Made by a program: the position numbers and the translations under genes. A stretch of 62,780 nucleotides of DNA, the filler included. It is 13 parts of 13 records of this genome, joined end to end, with 100 filler letters (N's around TTAATTAATTAA, not from the genome) between each part and the next. Parts side by side here need not be neighbours in the genome. Positions count along the whole stretch, not along the records: positions 34,000 to 39,020 come from SRR7504441_10057; positions 39,121 to 44,481 come from SRR7504441_10062; positions 44,582 to 48,137 come from SRR7504441_10065; 10 more parts are not named here. One strand, given 5' to 3'. Position 1 is the stretch's first letter, and each line of letters opens with the position of its first letter. The notes beneath the pieces were generated by a model. The model searched no databases and was not told the origin of the DNA. It saw only the letters and a program-made list of their open reading frames with translations. Below are positions 37,209-48,137 of the stretch, piece after piece.

Positions 37209-38246
37209 ATGATACGCGCGGCTCTCCTGCTGCTGCTGCCCAGTGTGCTGGCAGGGCCATGTGATTTGTACGCTCGTGCTGGCACCCCGTGCGCCGCGGC
37301 GCACAGTGTGGTGAGGGCGCTTTTGAGCGGGTTCGACCTGCCGCTGTACCGGCTCCTACGGTCCAGCGACAACGCGACCCTGGACATCCGCCCAGTTACC
37401 CCGGGCGGCATCGCCGACGGGCGCACACACGCCAGGTTCTGCGACCACCCTGTTGCCGCCGGGTACCCTGCCCGCGCTGCCTGCGTCATCTCGGTGATCT
37501 TTGATCAGACCGGGAACGGGAATCATCTTCTGCCGGCTACCCCCGCGATCAACAACCCGGCGTTCGACCTGCCGGTCAATGCCACCCGGCACGCCATCAC
37601 CGTCAATGGCTCTGTGGTGTACGGAGCGTTCTTTGAGACCGGGATGGGCTATCGCGCCCAGAACACCACCGAGGTGGCGCGCGGGAACGACCCGGAGACT
37701 ATCTACATGGTGACCTCGGGCACCCATCTGAACAGCATGTGCTGCTTTGACTATGGATCCAGCGAGAACCGGCCCGACGACCACTCCAAGTTTGTAAACG
37801 GAGCGATGGAAGCCGTCTACTTTGGGACTGGCTACGGAGGGGGTGGCAAGGGCCCGTGGATCGGGGCCGACATGGAGAACGGGATTTATGGCGGTCCGTA
37901 TGTGGCGGGTGATCGAGCGCTGCGGTCGCCGTTTGTAACAGCGATGGTGAAGGGTGGCTCAGATGGGTTTGCAGTCAAAGGAGGTGATGCGAGTGGATCA
38001 GTGGCAGGCGGCCGACTCAAGCGGTACCACGACGGGCCGCGGCCGCATGGGTATCAACCGATGCACAAGACAGGCGCGATAATCCTTGGGGTGGGCGGCG
38101 ACAATGCTCGAATGAAAGGCAAAGTTGGGGTTCCCGGTCTGTCTGTTGGAACCTTCTATGAAGGGCTGCTCACCGCCGGGCTAACCACCGATGATGCCGA
38201 TGATGCTGTGCAAGCCGATATCGTGGCTGCTGGCTACGGTAGCTAA
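37209..38246 (+). CDS. abfB: Secreted GH54 alpha-L-arabinofuranosidase B, catalytic domain only, intronless
   Basis: Signal peptide then GPCDLY..GTPCAAAHS..RAL, DQTGNGNHL, CCFDYG, GAMEAVYFG, GPWIGADMENG, GAIILGVGGDN, GTFYEG and VQADIVAAGY*. Confidence 0.93.
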   Translation: MIRAALLLLLPSVLAGPCDLYARAGTPCAAAHSVVRALLSGFDLPLYRLLRSSDNATLDIRPVTPGGIADGRTHARFCDHPVAAGYPARAACVISVIFDQTGNGNHLLPATPAINNPAFDLPVNATRHAITVNGSVVYGAFFETGMGYRAQNTTEVARGNDPETIYMVTSGTHLNSMCCFDYGSSENRPDDHSKFVNGAMEAVYFGTGYGGGGKGPWIGADMENGIYGGPYVAGDRALRSPFVTAMVKGGSDGFAVKGGDASGSVAGGRLKRYHDGPRPHGYQPMHKTGAIILGVGGDNARMKGKVGVPGLSVGTFYEGLLTAGLTTDDADDAVQADIVAAGYGS

Positions 38247-39120
38247 TCATGCTTGTGACGCTTGTAGCAATGTAAATAAAAACCGATCGAGCGCTTAGCT
38301 TCATTGCGCGATTGGCGAAAATCTCATGAACCGGAATAAGTACTCGTGTGAGACCCCTTGGGATTATTTGGTTGCCTGCGCCCAACGAGCGGTTGTTAAT
38401 TTGTTCATTACAATTGTATTATTAGCCGTACTTAGTTGGAATAGTATATACTCGTAGAAATGTAAGAGCCGATAGCGGCTTATCATGAGCTAGCTTGGTT
38501 TGGTGCGTCGCCAGCGCCACTTGACCCCCTCGGTGCACTTCTTGGCGATTCTTCCGTTATCAAGCCGGTACATCCACCGCCTCTCCGCCCGCACCCAGCC
38601 CCACACCCTCCCATCCAGCCCCTCGATCAGCCTCCGGCCCGCCGTCTCCGCCTCCTGATCGGCCTGCCGCCGCTTTCGCCGCCGGGCTCTGTGCCGCGCA
38701 GTCCGTGCCCTGTTCCTCTCCCGGCGCAGCTCAGCCAGCTCATCCCGCCGCGACTGCTGCCAGCCGCCCCCCGCCCAGCCCGAATCGTCCGCCGCCGCCT
38801 CAAACCCCTGCCGTCACTGTCAGCCCCCCCTGCACCATCCCGCCACCTGCCACCAGTCGGCTTCCCACCACCGCTCCTCGCCCCGCCCCTCCGGCCAGCC
38901 CTCCACCGCCTCCGTGGGCTCTGCAGCTGCGGCACGCTGGGCGACCTGCAGGCATTCCGGAGGGGCTGGCGGGCAGCAGAGTGGTCGCGGTCGCTGCAAG
39001 CGATGAAATCACAGCGGCGGNNNNNNNNNNNNNNNNNNNNNNNNNNNNNNNNNNNNNNNNNNNNTTAATTAATTAANNNNNNNNNNNNNNNNNNNNNNNN
39101 NNNNNNNNNNNNNNNNNNNN

Positions 39121-42065
39121 TGGTCAGGCGAGCCGGGGCCGCCCTCGCCCCGCGCAGGGAACCCCCTTACACCGAGGACCCTAACGTCAAGATCGGGGAG
39201 GGGGCCGCTGAGGCCGGGTGGGCAGTCACAGTGGTCGGGTATCGTTGTGGCCAGCCAGTGCGGGATATTCGAGACCCCGCGGGCAATCTGGTGGATTGCC
39301 TGCAGAAGGCGCAGTATCAATACCTCGGACTGCCGACGCAACGAGTGTGCGCGGCTGCGAGGATCGTGGCGCACACGCCGCCAGAGGAGCGGGCGGGGAT
39401 GGACCTGGCTCCTCCGGTGGGGGCGGTGTGTGCGCTGTGTGGAGATCCTGAAGATACCTCGTGCCGGATCTTCGTGCGGCCAGCGATCTGGGACACCGCG
39501 AAGGAGAGTGCGGTGTGGGTGCACGATAGCTGCATGATAACTACGCCAGACTGCTGGGAGGGCAAGCTCGTCGAAGACTGCTACCTGGAGGTCTTTGGCG
39601 TACTCAACGCTGTCAAACGAGGCAACCAACTTAAGTGAGCTGTGCCAGCCTGGCTCGGAGCTCAGACGGTGCAGGTGTGCGCGTTGCTCCAAGCGAGGGG
39701 CTACGATCGGGTGTGTCGTGCCGAGTTGTAAAGTCTCGATGCACTACGAATGCTGCAGAGCCACAGGCTGGGACTTCAGTGAGAGTAGGGAATTTCAATG
39801 TGAGGCGCACCGCACTGGTCGGTGCACGGAGTGGGTGGGTGTGGTATCTAGGGGGCTTCTGAGCGGAGAATGCAGGTGTGCTGTGAGCTGTGCGACAAGT
39901 GGCGAGTTCTGCCGCCCGGAGTGCTTGCGTCCCAGCTGGGGCCGGGCTGGACTTGCAGCCAGATGGGCCCTGGATGGACTTGTGAGACTAGCCAACAGAC
40001 TGATGAGAACGACAAGCCAGAGCCGGATGACGTTGGCCAACCAGCAGTCCAGGCTCAAGATCCCGAGCAGCCAGCCTCTGCTGTGCCATGCAGTGCGCAG
40101 CAGGCCGATGCAGATGCAGATGCAAGTTCAATAATAGACACGCTTCGGGAGTACGTCACGGCTGAGGACGAGACGCTGCAGGGAATCGCGCTGAAGCTGC
40201 AGACCGAGCTGGGCGGGCTGCTGGCTATCAATCAGCAGCGCTACCCAGGAATAACTGAGCACTCGCACCTCATGAGAGGCACCTCGATCGTCTACTGCGC
40301 CGGCCCCTCAGCCTCTCAGCCGGAGCCCCAGGGCGATGAATATCGGGAATTGGCATTGACCTTCTTCCCTGATGAGGCTGCATACTGGGATGCACCAGCC
40401 AGCACCCAGCTCGGCAGCCAAACGGTACTGTGGGACAGATTTGGTCGGATGAAAGATGCCTCAGGTAGGATATATGTCGGTACTTGGCAAGGTGGATCTG
40501 GGTCGGGCCAGATCGCGTTTCTCGACGGCGAGACTGAGCGGTACAGTTCCCAGCAGGTCAAAGGGTTGCTCAAAGCCCAGCAGGAGTACAGACAACAGTG
40601 GAAGCGCCAGTTGATTCGACTGACCAAATTGATTATTGAGAGCAAACAGTGTGTATGCACGCCAGCTTGCCAGGGCACGAGTGATGCGGCGTGCACTTGC
40701 ACCGCTGACTGCTGGGTCCTCCGATGCCAATGCAACCGTCTTAACTGCATTCAGCGCTTTGAGCTACAAGATTTGGTAGTGATCGATGCCTCCCGATATC
40801 AAGAGCTCAACGGCGAGCAATTGGCACCTCGGTTCCGCCGGACAGTGTTCATGATTGAGCGTATTGTACATGGTCAAGTGCTGCTCAAGGATTGCTCAAA
40901 GGATGCTCACGCTAAAGGCGGGACGCGGATCGATCCTCGGATTCAAGGTTGGTTTATGCCTTCAGTCCTCTGCTGCTGCCCCTCGGCGTCAACCGTGCCA
41001 GCGTGGTGCCAAGAAGGACAAGTTGTGCAAGTCAGGGACCCGTGGTGTGAAGACGAGGCACCACATCGCGTAGTAGTCGAGAGCATTGTGCAAGACCCCA
41101 ACTCCCCGACTGACCTTTATTTTTGGCTCAATTTTGGCAGTAATGCAGACTGGTTCCACGGTGACAACATTAAGCAGTATAGTGACGACCAGGATGAGCC
41201 ACCACCATGTGAGCCGCTAAGTGATCTGAATGAAGCTCACCTGCCTGAAGTAGATGTTTCGGATTGGCTCACGCCAATGGCTGTGGACCTGACCAGTAGC
41301 GTTCAGCAGGAGAATCATTCTCGGATGGAGCACCCAGTGACTAATTCTCGGGCAGCACAGCCTGCCACTAGCCACTCCGAATCTCACCAGCGGCTCAGCA
41401 ATGCACCAGTCGCGCGCACATGGGCGTCGGTAGAGCTGGTCAGGTTTTCTGATGGCGTTCTTGAGCTTTCGCTCGGTGATGGGCTGCTCGGTGTCCAGTT
41501 GGCCAAGTTTGACAGCACCAGCAACAAGGTCCAGGCCGTCCAGAATTCGGATGCCGCGAGCTTGGGCTTGGAAAGGGGCATGCGGCTGACTTCAATTGGC
41601 CGGAATCCAGTCGGGTCCATTGAGGGGATCTTGCCTCTGCTCAAGAGAGTGCAGCGTCCTGTAGTGCTTCAGTTTGAGGAGACAGTTGAGAGCTGGCTGG
41701 CTAGCCTTGGATTGAGTGAACTTCTCGGGCGGTTCATCGAGACAGGCCATGATGACCTCGTCTGGCTGCGGGAGGATCACACTGAGGAGACAGGAATGAC
41801 TGATAGTCGATTAGCCCAGCTTGGAATCGGTACTGTGCAACAGAGGCAGACAATCATAACAGCGTTGCATGGCTCCCATGAGGTGCCACTGGAAAGGTGT
41901 GCTGTGTGCATGGAGGATCTTGGCTATAGTGACCAATTTGGGCGTTGCGCCTCGCTCCCGTGTCAGCACTCCTTCCACGAGAATTGTATCCTGCAGTGGT
42001 TTCGCGAAAAGCCATTTTGTCCTGTGTGCCGAAAGCGAACAACCGCACGCCACCTTTGCTACTAA
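39121..42065 (+). CDS. 5'-partial multidomain RING-H2 protein: extended PHD, CW finger, LysM-like, Tudor/SH3-like, PDZ-like, SAM, RING-H2
   Basis: CALC..WVHDSC..AVKRGNQLK|CARCSKRGATIGC..C..HYEC..CEAH; EW|VCCELCDKWR..WTC; YVTAEDETLQGIA..LLAIN; GLLGVQL..GLERGMRLTSIG; VESWLASLGL..LAQLGI; CAVC..CQHSFHENCILQW..CPVCR. Confidence 0.8.
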
Positions 42066-42423
42066 GTAACTAAAACTCAGTGAACCACACTGAAATTAAT
42101 CAATTGCTTCAGTAAAACGTATCCACGTCGTGTATCCCAGCAGCCCATCATTTATGTAGAAATTATGGCAGACGGGCCGCAGAGCGGGCATAGGCCTAGC
42201 TGCCCTTAGTAGCCAGGCCTTACGTGTACGTACGCTTAACGTACGCTCGACTGGTACGCTGTACCAAGTAGAGTCCATGAGAGTCGACTGACGTCGGGAC
42301 TCTACAATACCGCGGCCGGTGGTCCAAGCCCTCGTGCCACAACTTTTTCTTTTCACTTCGAGATTTGATGATGGCCTGCTGCTCGGCTGTTCGACTGGTC
42401 CTCTAACGCGCCGGGCCCCATCA

Positions 42424-43887
42424 ATGTCGCAGTCGTCGGGTGCCGGGGCTGGCCGGCGGGACTCACCAGGCTGCAGGCAACGATCGATTCGCAGTGCCGC
42501 GCCGCCGCAACCTCGGTCGAAAGAACCCGGGGTGTCCCGGCCGCCTGCTCGGGGCCGACGCTGAGGCCAGGCAACGCCAAACCACCAAGCGGCCGTATGA
42601 AGCGGTGCTGCTCGCCCCGCCCGGGCCCAATCGATCGCCCTCCCTCAACTCGGTGCCCCGCCCCGAGTCGGTGTCGGCCCGATACAATGCCTGCAGGCCC
42701 GTTCCCAGCTCGGCCGCTCCCAGTCCCCCAGGCCAGCCATCCTGTCGCCGGCCCCGCGGTCGACGTCGCTGGGACTCAGCGGCGGGAACGGTGCCGCTCT
42801 GGCCCCTGCTGGCTTGGCCGGACTGACGCCCGCTCGCAGCAATGCCGTCCCCAGCCCCGCCGTCTCCCGCCGCTGTATCCGTCCCGGCGTCCAGGCCTGC
42901 CGAGAGGCCCGCGCAGTGAGCTGCCCGTGGCCCGGGGCGTGGCGAGCTCTGGGCAGGTCCCCAGATGTGCCTCGGCCGAAGAAGCGCAAGTCGGCGCCGG
43001 TCCGTCGGAGGTGGCCCCAGTGCTGCGGGCACGCTGACGAGGGGCGCAGCGTGCGGGGCAACTCAGCCGAGGCGATGATAGCGCTGCGACAGGTGGCGCC
43101 CGGCCAATTGGCGCTCGCTGACCCGGCAGCAGGTGGAGATTCTAGTTGCAGAGCGCAGGTTCCTGTTCGATTGCGTGGGGCTGAGCAGTTCACAGGGCCG
43201 AAGAAAATGACGTCGACATGCACGAGGTCTGCCGGAAGTTTGTGAACGAGCATGCCGGCGAGCTGTCCGAGCAGGCGGCCACTGCGATAGCCGACGCGCT
43301 GACCGCGTGCGCAGGCTGAAGTCATAAATGAAAACTTGCACCTGTCTAGGGCGCACCGCAAGCTCTCTGCACAGAAGCGGTGCGGGCCAGCTGCCCCGGG
43401 GGCGAGCCGTTGGGCCAGAGAGCTCAAGCAGCAGCTGCTGGCGCTGCAGCAGCAGCGGAGTCAAGTGGCGGCTGATATGGGCCAGGCCACCACCGAGGAG
43501 CAGGTCATCGCCCTGTGCCCTGCCGCTCTGCTAGCCCGGCGGCGCAGGCGGCGGTAGCGTTCGAGAGCCGGTCGCTAGGCGTGTCGGAGTATCTTTACCA
43601 ACTGGAGGTGCCGGCGTGATTGTCGGCTGCGCCCTGTGAGAGGGATGGGCAGGAGGCGCAGGACAAGGCAGTGGCGCTGGCGGGAAAGAAGGGCGGGCTG
43701 CCGAATGTGACCACCCGCCGGGCGCCAGCGGGCTGACTCGCCGGGGCAGTTCGATGCAGCCATTGCTGAGAATCTGCCCGTGCTTGCGGCTCGTGCCGAA
43801 CAAGGATGCAACAGGCTCGCGGTGCTGAAGGACACCAATGCGCGGCTGGAGGCGATCCTGGGCAAGCTCCCCGAGTGGGGCGCCTGA
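42424..43887 (+). CDS. Basic/coiled-coil protein with CENP-U-like C-terminus, many introns
   Basis: Contains a PKKRK NLS and a coiled coil. Spliced C-terminus is ENLPVLAARAEQGCNRLAVLKDTNARLEAILGKLPEWGA*. Internal exon structure only partly resolved. Confidence 0.45.
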
Positions 43888-44085
43888 TAGAGGAGCGGAA
43901 GCATGCTAATCAGCACAAGCTGGCGCGACACTGGATTACGGTGATGCTGAGCTTCTGTCCGCGTGTCAGTGACAACATTCAGTCCACTCGAGCATTACTA
44001 GCTACTGGCAGTAGGAATGGATTACTATAGATCATCTTATTATATACAGTGCTATATTTTCAAACTAGATAAACCGCGAGCTGGC

Positions 44086-44481
44086 TCACTTGGTGCGCTC
44101 AACTGGTGCTGGCATCCGAGCTGCAGGCGCCTGCTTGTTTGTGCCAGATCCAGCTGATCGTCCCTCGGCCCCCTGAGCAAACGAATTCCCGCGGTACCTA
44201 CCACCGTCAGCGCAGCCTGCCCGCAACTTACTCCGACTGGTAGCTCTCTGCGAGCAGCCTGCGCCCTCCCGACGTCCTGCAGGCAGCCTGCTCTGACTGG
44301 ACCCGCCGGATGTCGGCGTTCAACGCCGCTCTAACCGACCGCGCGTCGGCCGAGACCTGCCCCGCGGGTCAGCAGCGGTGCTGGGCGGCGGGTTAGTTCC
44401 TCCTCCTCGTCCTCGTCCGATTCCACCTCGGTTAACCTCCGGTTGAGTTCCTCGAGACCTGCCCCACGGGTCAGCATGCTG
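44086..44481 (-). CDS. 3' end of an unknown coiled-coil protein, truncated
   Basis: LEELNRRLTE.., VSADARSVRAALNADIRR and ..YQSE|YRGNSF..VERTK* joined by short introns. Confidence 0.4.
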
Positions 44482-44581
44482 NNNNNNNNNNNNNNNNNNN
44501 NNNNNNNNNNNNNNNNNNNNNNNNNTTAATTAATTAANNNNNNNNNNNNNNNNNNNNNNNNNNNNNNNNNNNNNNNNNNNN

Positions 44582-46360
44582 TCATCTGGGCTCTTGTGTC
44601 GGTGTGCGATGAGATAGACATGATTGAACGCGAGTACGGCCCAGCTGAGCAGAAGTTACGCCTAGCATCGCTTGGTGAGCGCGTGGTAGAGAAGCGCCGA
44701 GGTGGTTGGCTCGAGGCAGTGCCCCGGGCATTCAATTACGCAGCTGAATACACTACAATAAATTTTCTGCAGATGCTCTCCATGCTGATAGAAGCATGGG
44801 GTCTGCACACCCAGAGTCCAATTCTAGCCACAGTAGCCCAGTCAGACGACCATTTAGCAATGGCCTTCAGTACAGGTATGAGCTCGCACGTGAAAGCGTT
44901 CACCAGTGCGCTGCTCGAAGCAGCTGCTGCTTGCCTATTGCCTCAGATGCGAGCTCTAAGGAAAGGCATCGGGGATGTGCTCTCGATCCGAGCACTACAG
45001 ATACTACAGCCAGGAGAGATGAGTTCGTTGTTCTGCGGCGAAGCTGAGATAAACTGGGATGAGCAGCAGATACTCGATGACATTCTGGTCCCAGGTCGAA
45101 ATCAAAATGGTCAGCAATACACTAGCTTTGATCCAGCGATTGTGGTTTGTCCACATGATCCAACGGTGTTCAAACTGTGGCAGGTGTTAGCTCGAGCTCT
45201 CGTTGAGTTCGAGATGCCTGCTCGTGCACAGTTCCTGCAGTTTACCACTGCCATCCCTCGTTTTGTGCCCGGGACGCCCCTTAAGCTGCGAGTGGTACCG
45301 CCGCATGAATCGGCAGGCCGTGCGGTACGGCATGCAATTATTAAGGTGGCACTGAGGTGGGGGCTGGCAGGACGCAGATACCAAGTTCCATCCATATGCA
45401 GGCACCTGCAGCTACCAGCTCGACCTGCCAGACTATTATCGCAAGGCACGCGCATTAGTTGGCCGAATGCTCTGACTCGATTCACCAGGCGGCTCGGCCT
45501 CACGGCGCATTGGTATGGGACTGCTGCGATCATAAGGGCAATTCTCAAGCGGCTTGGGATGCTGCGAGAGTCGCTGCCGTGGCTGCCTTTCCTCAGGCTC
45601 CTGACAGATGCACGCCCCCCGGCTTAGCATGGCTGCAGGCGGCAATCCCGCGGACTTGCCCTCCGGCGTCAACCGCAGGCATCGAAAAACGGAACGAATG
45701 GCTACGGCGCGAGGCAGCGCATCCTGACGCAGCACCTGCTGTCGCCGCTTGCGAGGAGGACTTGGAGAAGCTTGGGGCACTCTTCCGGTGGCCCAGCCCA
45801 TTGTCAAGTCAGCTTGAACTGGGCGACAGGGGCGAATTGGAGGACTTAGAAGGCGAAATGGATACAGTCGACGAGGAAGAGACAGTGCCACGCCAGCCGT
45901 GGCTGCGGGGTGACTGTTCTGGCAGACGCTACCGCGGGAGCCGTTCCTATCGATGTCTGAAGTTGCTGTGGGGATTGCTGTAACGTGCTCAGATGATGCC
46001 GACGCGGTGTGCTGTGGGGGCTCTGGTGCCTGAGAGAACCTTTGCCAGGTGGATGCGGCCATTCTGGCCAATCCTGCGCGCAAGATGGTCCAATTTGATC
46101 CAGAGCAGATATTGGCACACGCGGGGGTAGTTGGTGTGGTAGACGGTGTGGTCGAGAGGCACAGCAACGTCCGAGTGCGGTTTGAGGGCCAGCCTGATCC
46201 GATGTGGGTCCCAATGGAAGCGCTATTCCGTTGTGATGGTCTGGGTTCCACTTTCGACCCCGAGTCGCCGCAGTCTCGCCTTGCGGTTGCGCTGTGTAAG
46301 TTTGGGTTCCAGTTGGCGTTTGAGCACATGCTTGACGGAGGATTTGTCGAGCTGGGCTAG
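44582..46360 (+). CDS. HECT E3 ubiquitin ligase, 5'-partial, with a large insertion after the catalytic Cys motif
   Basis: QMRALRKGIGDV..LQILQPGEMSSLFCG, AQFLQFTTAIPR and spliced HPYAGTCSYQLDLPDY (Cys codon 45407-45409). Terminal ..FQLAFEHMLDGGFVELG*. Confidence 0.8.
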
Positions 46361-46749
46361 CACTAGCACTAGGCTAGCTCAAACTGGTCAACAGAGACTT
46401 TAAAACCATTTTTATCACTTTTGATGCTCGAATTATCCATGTACAATGGCATTAAACCTGAAAGGAAAATCAATGATAAAGAAATGATTATGAGTACATT
46501 TATTAGATGCAGCTGTAGTACCTAGTACCTACTAAATCTAGACAAAAGTACGATTACGGCTACATGTATACGAGTTAACTGTTTTACAAACATGTACATG
46601 TATACAGTCATGTATTGACAGTTACTATTACCTTTAATAATAATTGTAACTCCTAACTAGTGCGCGTGTATGTGCGTGCTCATGAATGAATTAGCTTGCG
46701 CGCGCTTGATGTTCCGACGTGCACATGAGATTTCATTGTGTATTTACGA

Positions 46750-48137
46750 TCATGGATGTTGTGATTTCAACAATGAAGCATGTAATCCTTCCTCAGATGG
46801 ACCAGGCTTGTCGGGCCACGTCAGGGGCTGCGAGATTGTATGCAGGCGTGGCAGGTTCGTCCGCTTGGCAGTGTTGCCTTGCCAGTACTGCGCTTCAGGC
46901 ACGACCGCGCCTCTCATCGGTATCGAGCCCGGGCCTAGCACGGATGCATTCTCGAGTAGAGTATCGCTCACAAACAGCGAGTTGTTCCCAACTACCACTG
47001 CCGATTCCTTCAGAGTAATGAGGCCAAACCCTAACTTGTTGTTGAGGAAAGAGTGGCATTGGAGGAAAACGCTTTCGCCAATGTATACCCTGTCGTCAAA
47101 CTGTGCACAAAATGGCTGGTAAGTCAGCCAGCAGCAGGTGCGCTGATACCTCTAGAAGATCGAAGTCGATCGAGATGGCTGGGGAAAAGTTGTGCACGTC
47201 GTCGCCAACCTGATTTGAGAGTTAGAAGGCGGGCCAGTGATTGTTTAGCTAGACACCTTTGCGCCCATCATGTTGAAGACGAGAGAAATGACGGAAGTCC
47301 CAGTGAAGGGAGACAGAGTCGAGGCCCAACAAAACCAAGCGAGGCTTGCGAGCCCGTACCTGATGAAGAAGGTCGATGCGATGTTGAACTGGAAATTGGG
47401 TTTGACCCGCCCAAGTATCAGCCACTTGTGCAGAATAGCCGTGATGGCGAACCCCAACAACAAGATGAAACCGATCATGAAGCGCCACAGAAAGCAAAAC
47501 TGGGCTGGCTGTGGTCCAAAATACTTGTGGGGTGCCAGAAAGTAGAACCCAGGGAGCAGGCCGATGTCACCTGCCAAGCGTTAGAGCTGCACGCTAAGAG
47601 GGCTCACCAATTATGGCATACATCGCCCGAGTGCCTGCCCACGACGAGAATTGCATGATGGCCAAGAGGTAAATCATGGTGAAAACCCGTAATCCATGAA
47701 ACCACCAAGTTGAGCCACAGATGGCCCAATTTTCTTTCAGGTCCCGAAACATTGTTTCTCCGATTTTATTCTCCTCCCTCTGCACCTCTCGATTCTCGCC
47801 CACCACCATGCTGTAGTCAGCCACTTGGATTCTGGATGCCACAATTGTGAAGTCGCCTATAGTTGCTGAAGCCCCTATATTGCAGCCAGCGCCAATGATG
47901 CACTGATGCCCCAGATAGGTCAACTCGCCAACATGGCTGCCAGCCCAGGTGAGCATACAGTTCTCCGCGTCGAGGGAGGTGCACGGTATGGCGAAGCTTC
48001 CTGCTGTGAAACACTCTGTTCCGAGGGAGATGAGATCGCATTGTACTGTCAGGAACCTACCGTCGCTTATCCACGTATCCTGCACGCAATCACAGTGAGT
48101 GCAATCGATATGACTCTAAATGGCTACCATCAGGCTG
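46750..48137 (-). CDS. Pls/PosA-type NRPS terminal domain (membrane segments plus left-handed beta-helix repeats), 5'-partial, at least 3 introns
   Basis: KWLILGRVKP, FTGTSVISLVFNMMGAK|VGDDV..DFDLLE|FDDRVYIGESVFLQCHSF and SVLGPGSIPMRGAVVPEAQYWQGNTA. Preceding repeat DLISLGTECF..VGELTYLGHQCIIGAGCNIG. Confidence 0.8.

Noticed and set aside
38520-39020. C-rich, Pro-rich open frames at the contig end
   Set aside because: Low complexity and truncated; no supportable product.
40758-40890. FELQDLV..LAPRF..F.IERI resembles the C-terminal module of Ty3/Gypsy integrases
   Set aside because: There is no RT, RNase H, integrase core or LTR nearby. It sits in-frame in a host gene and could be any SH3-like fold.
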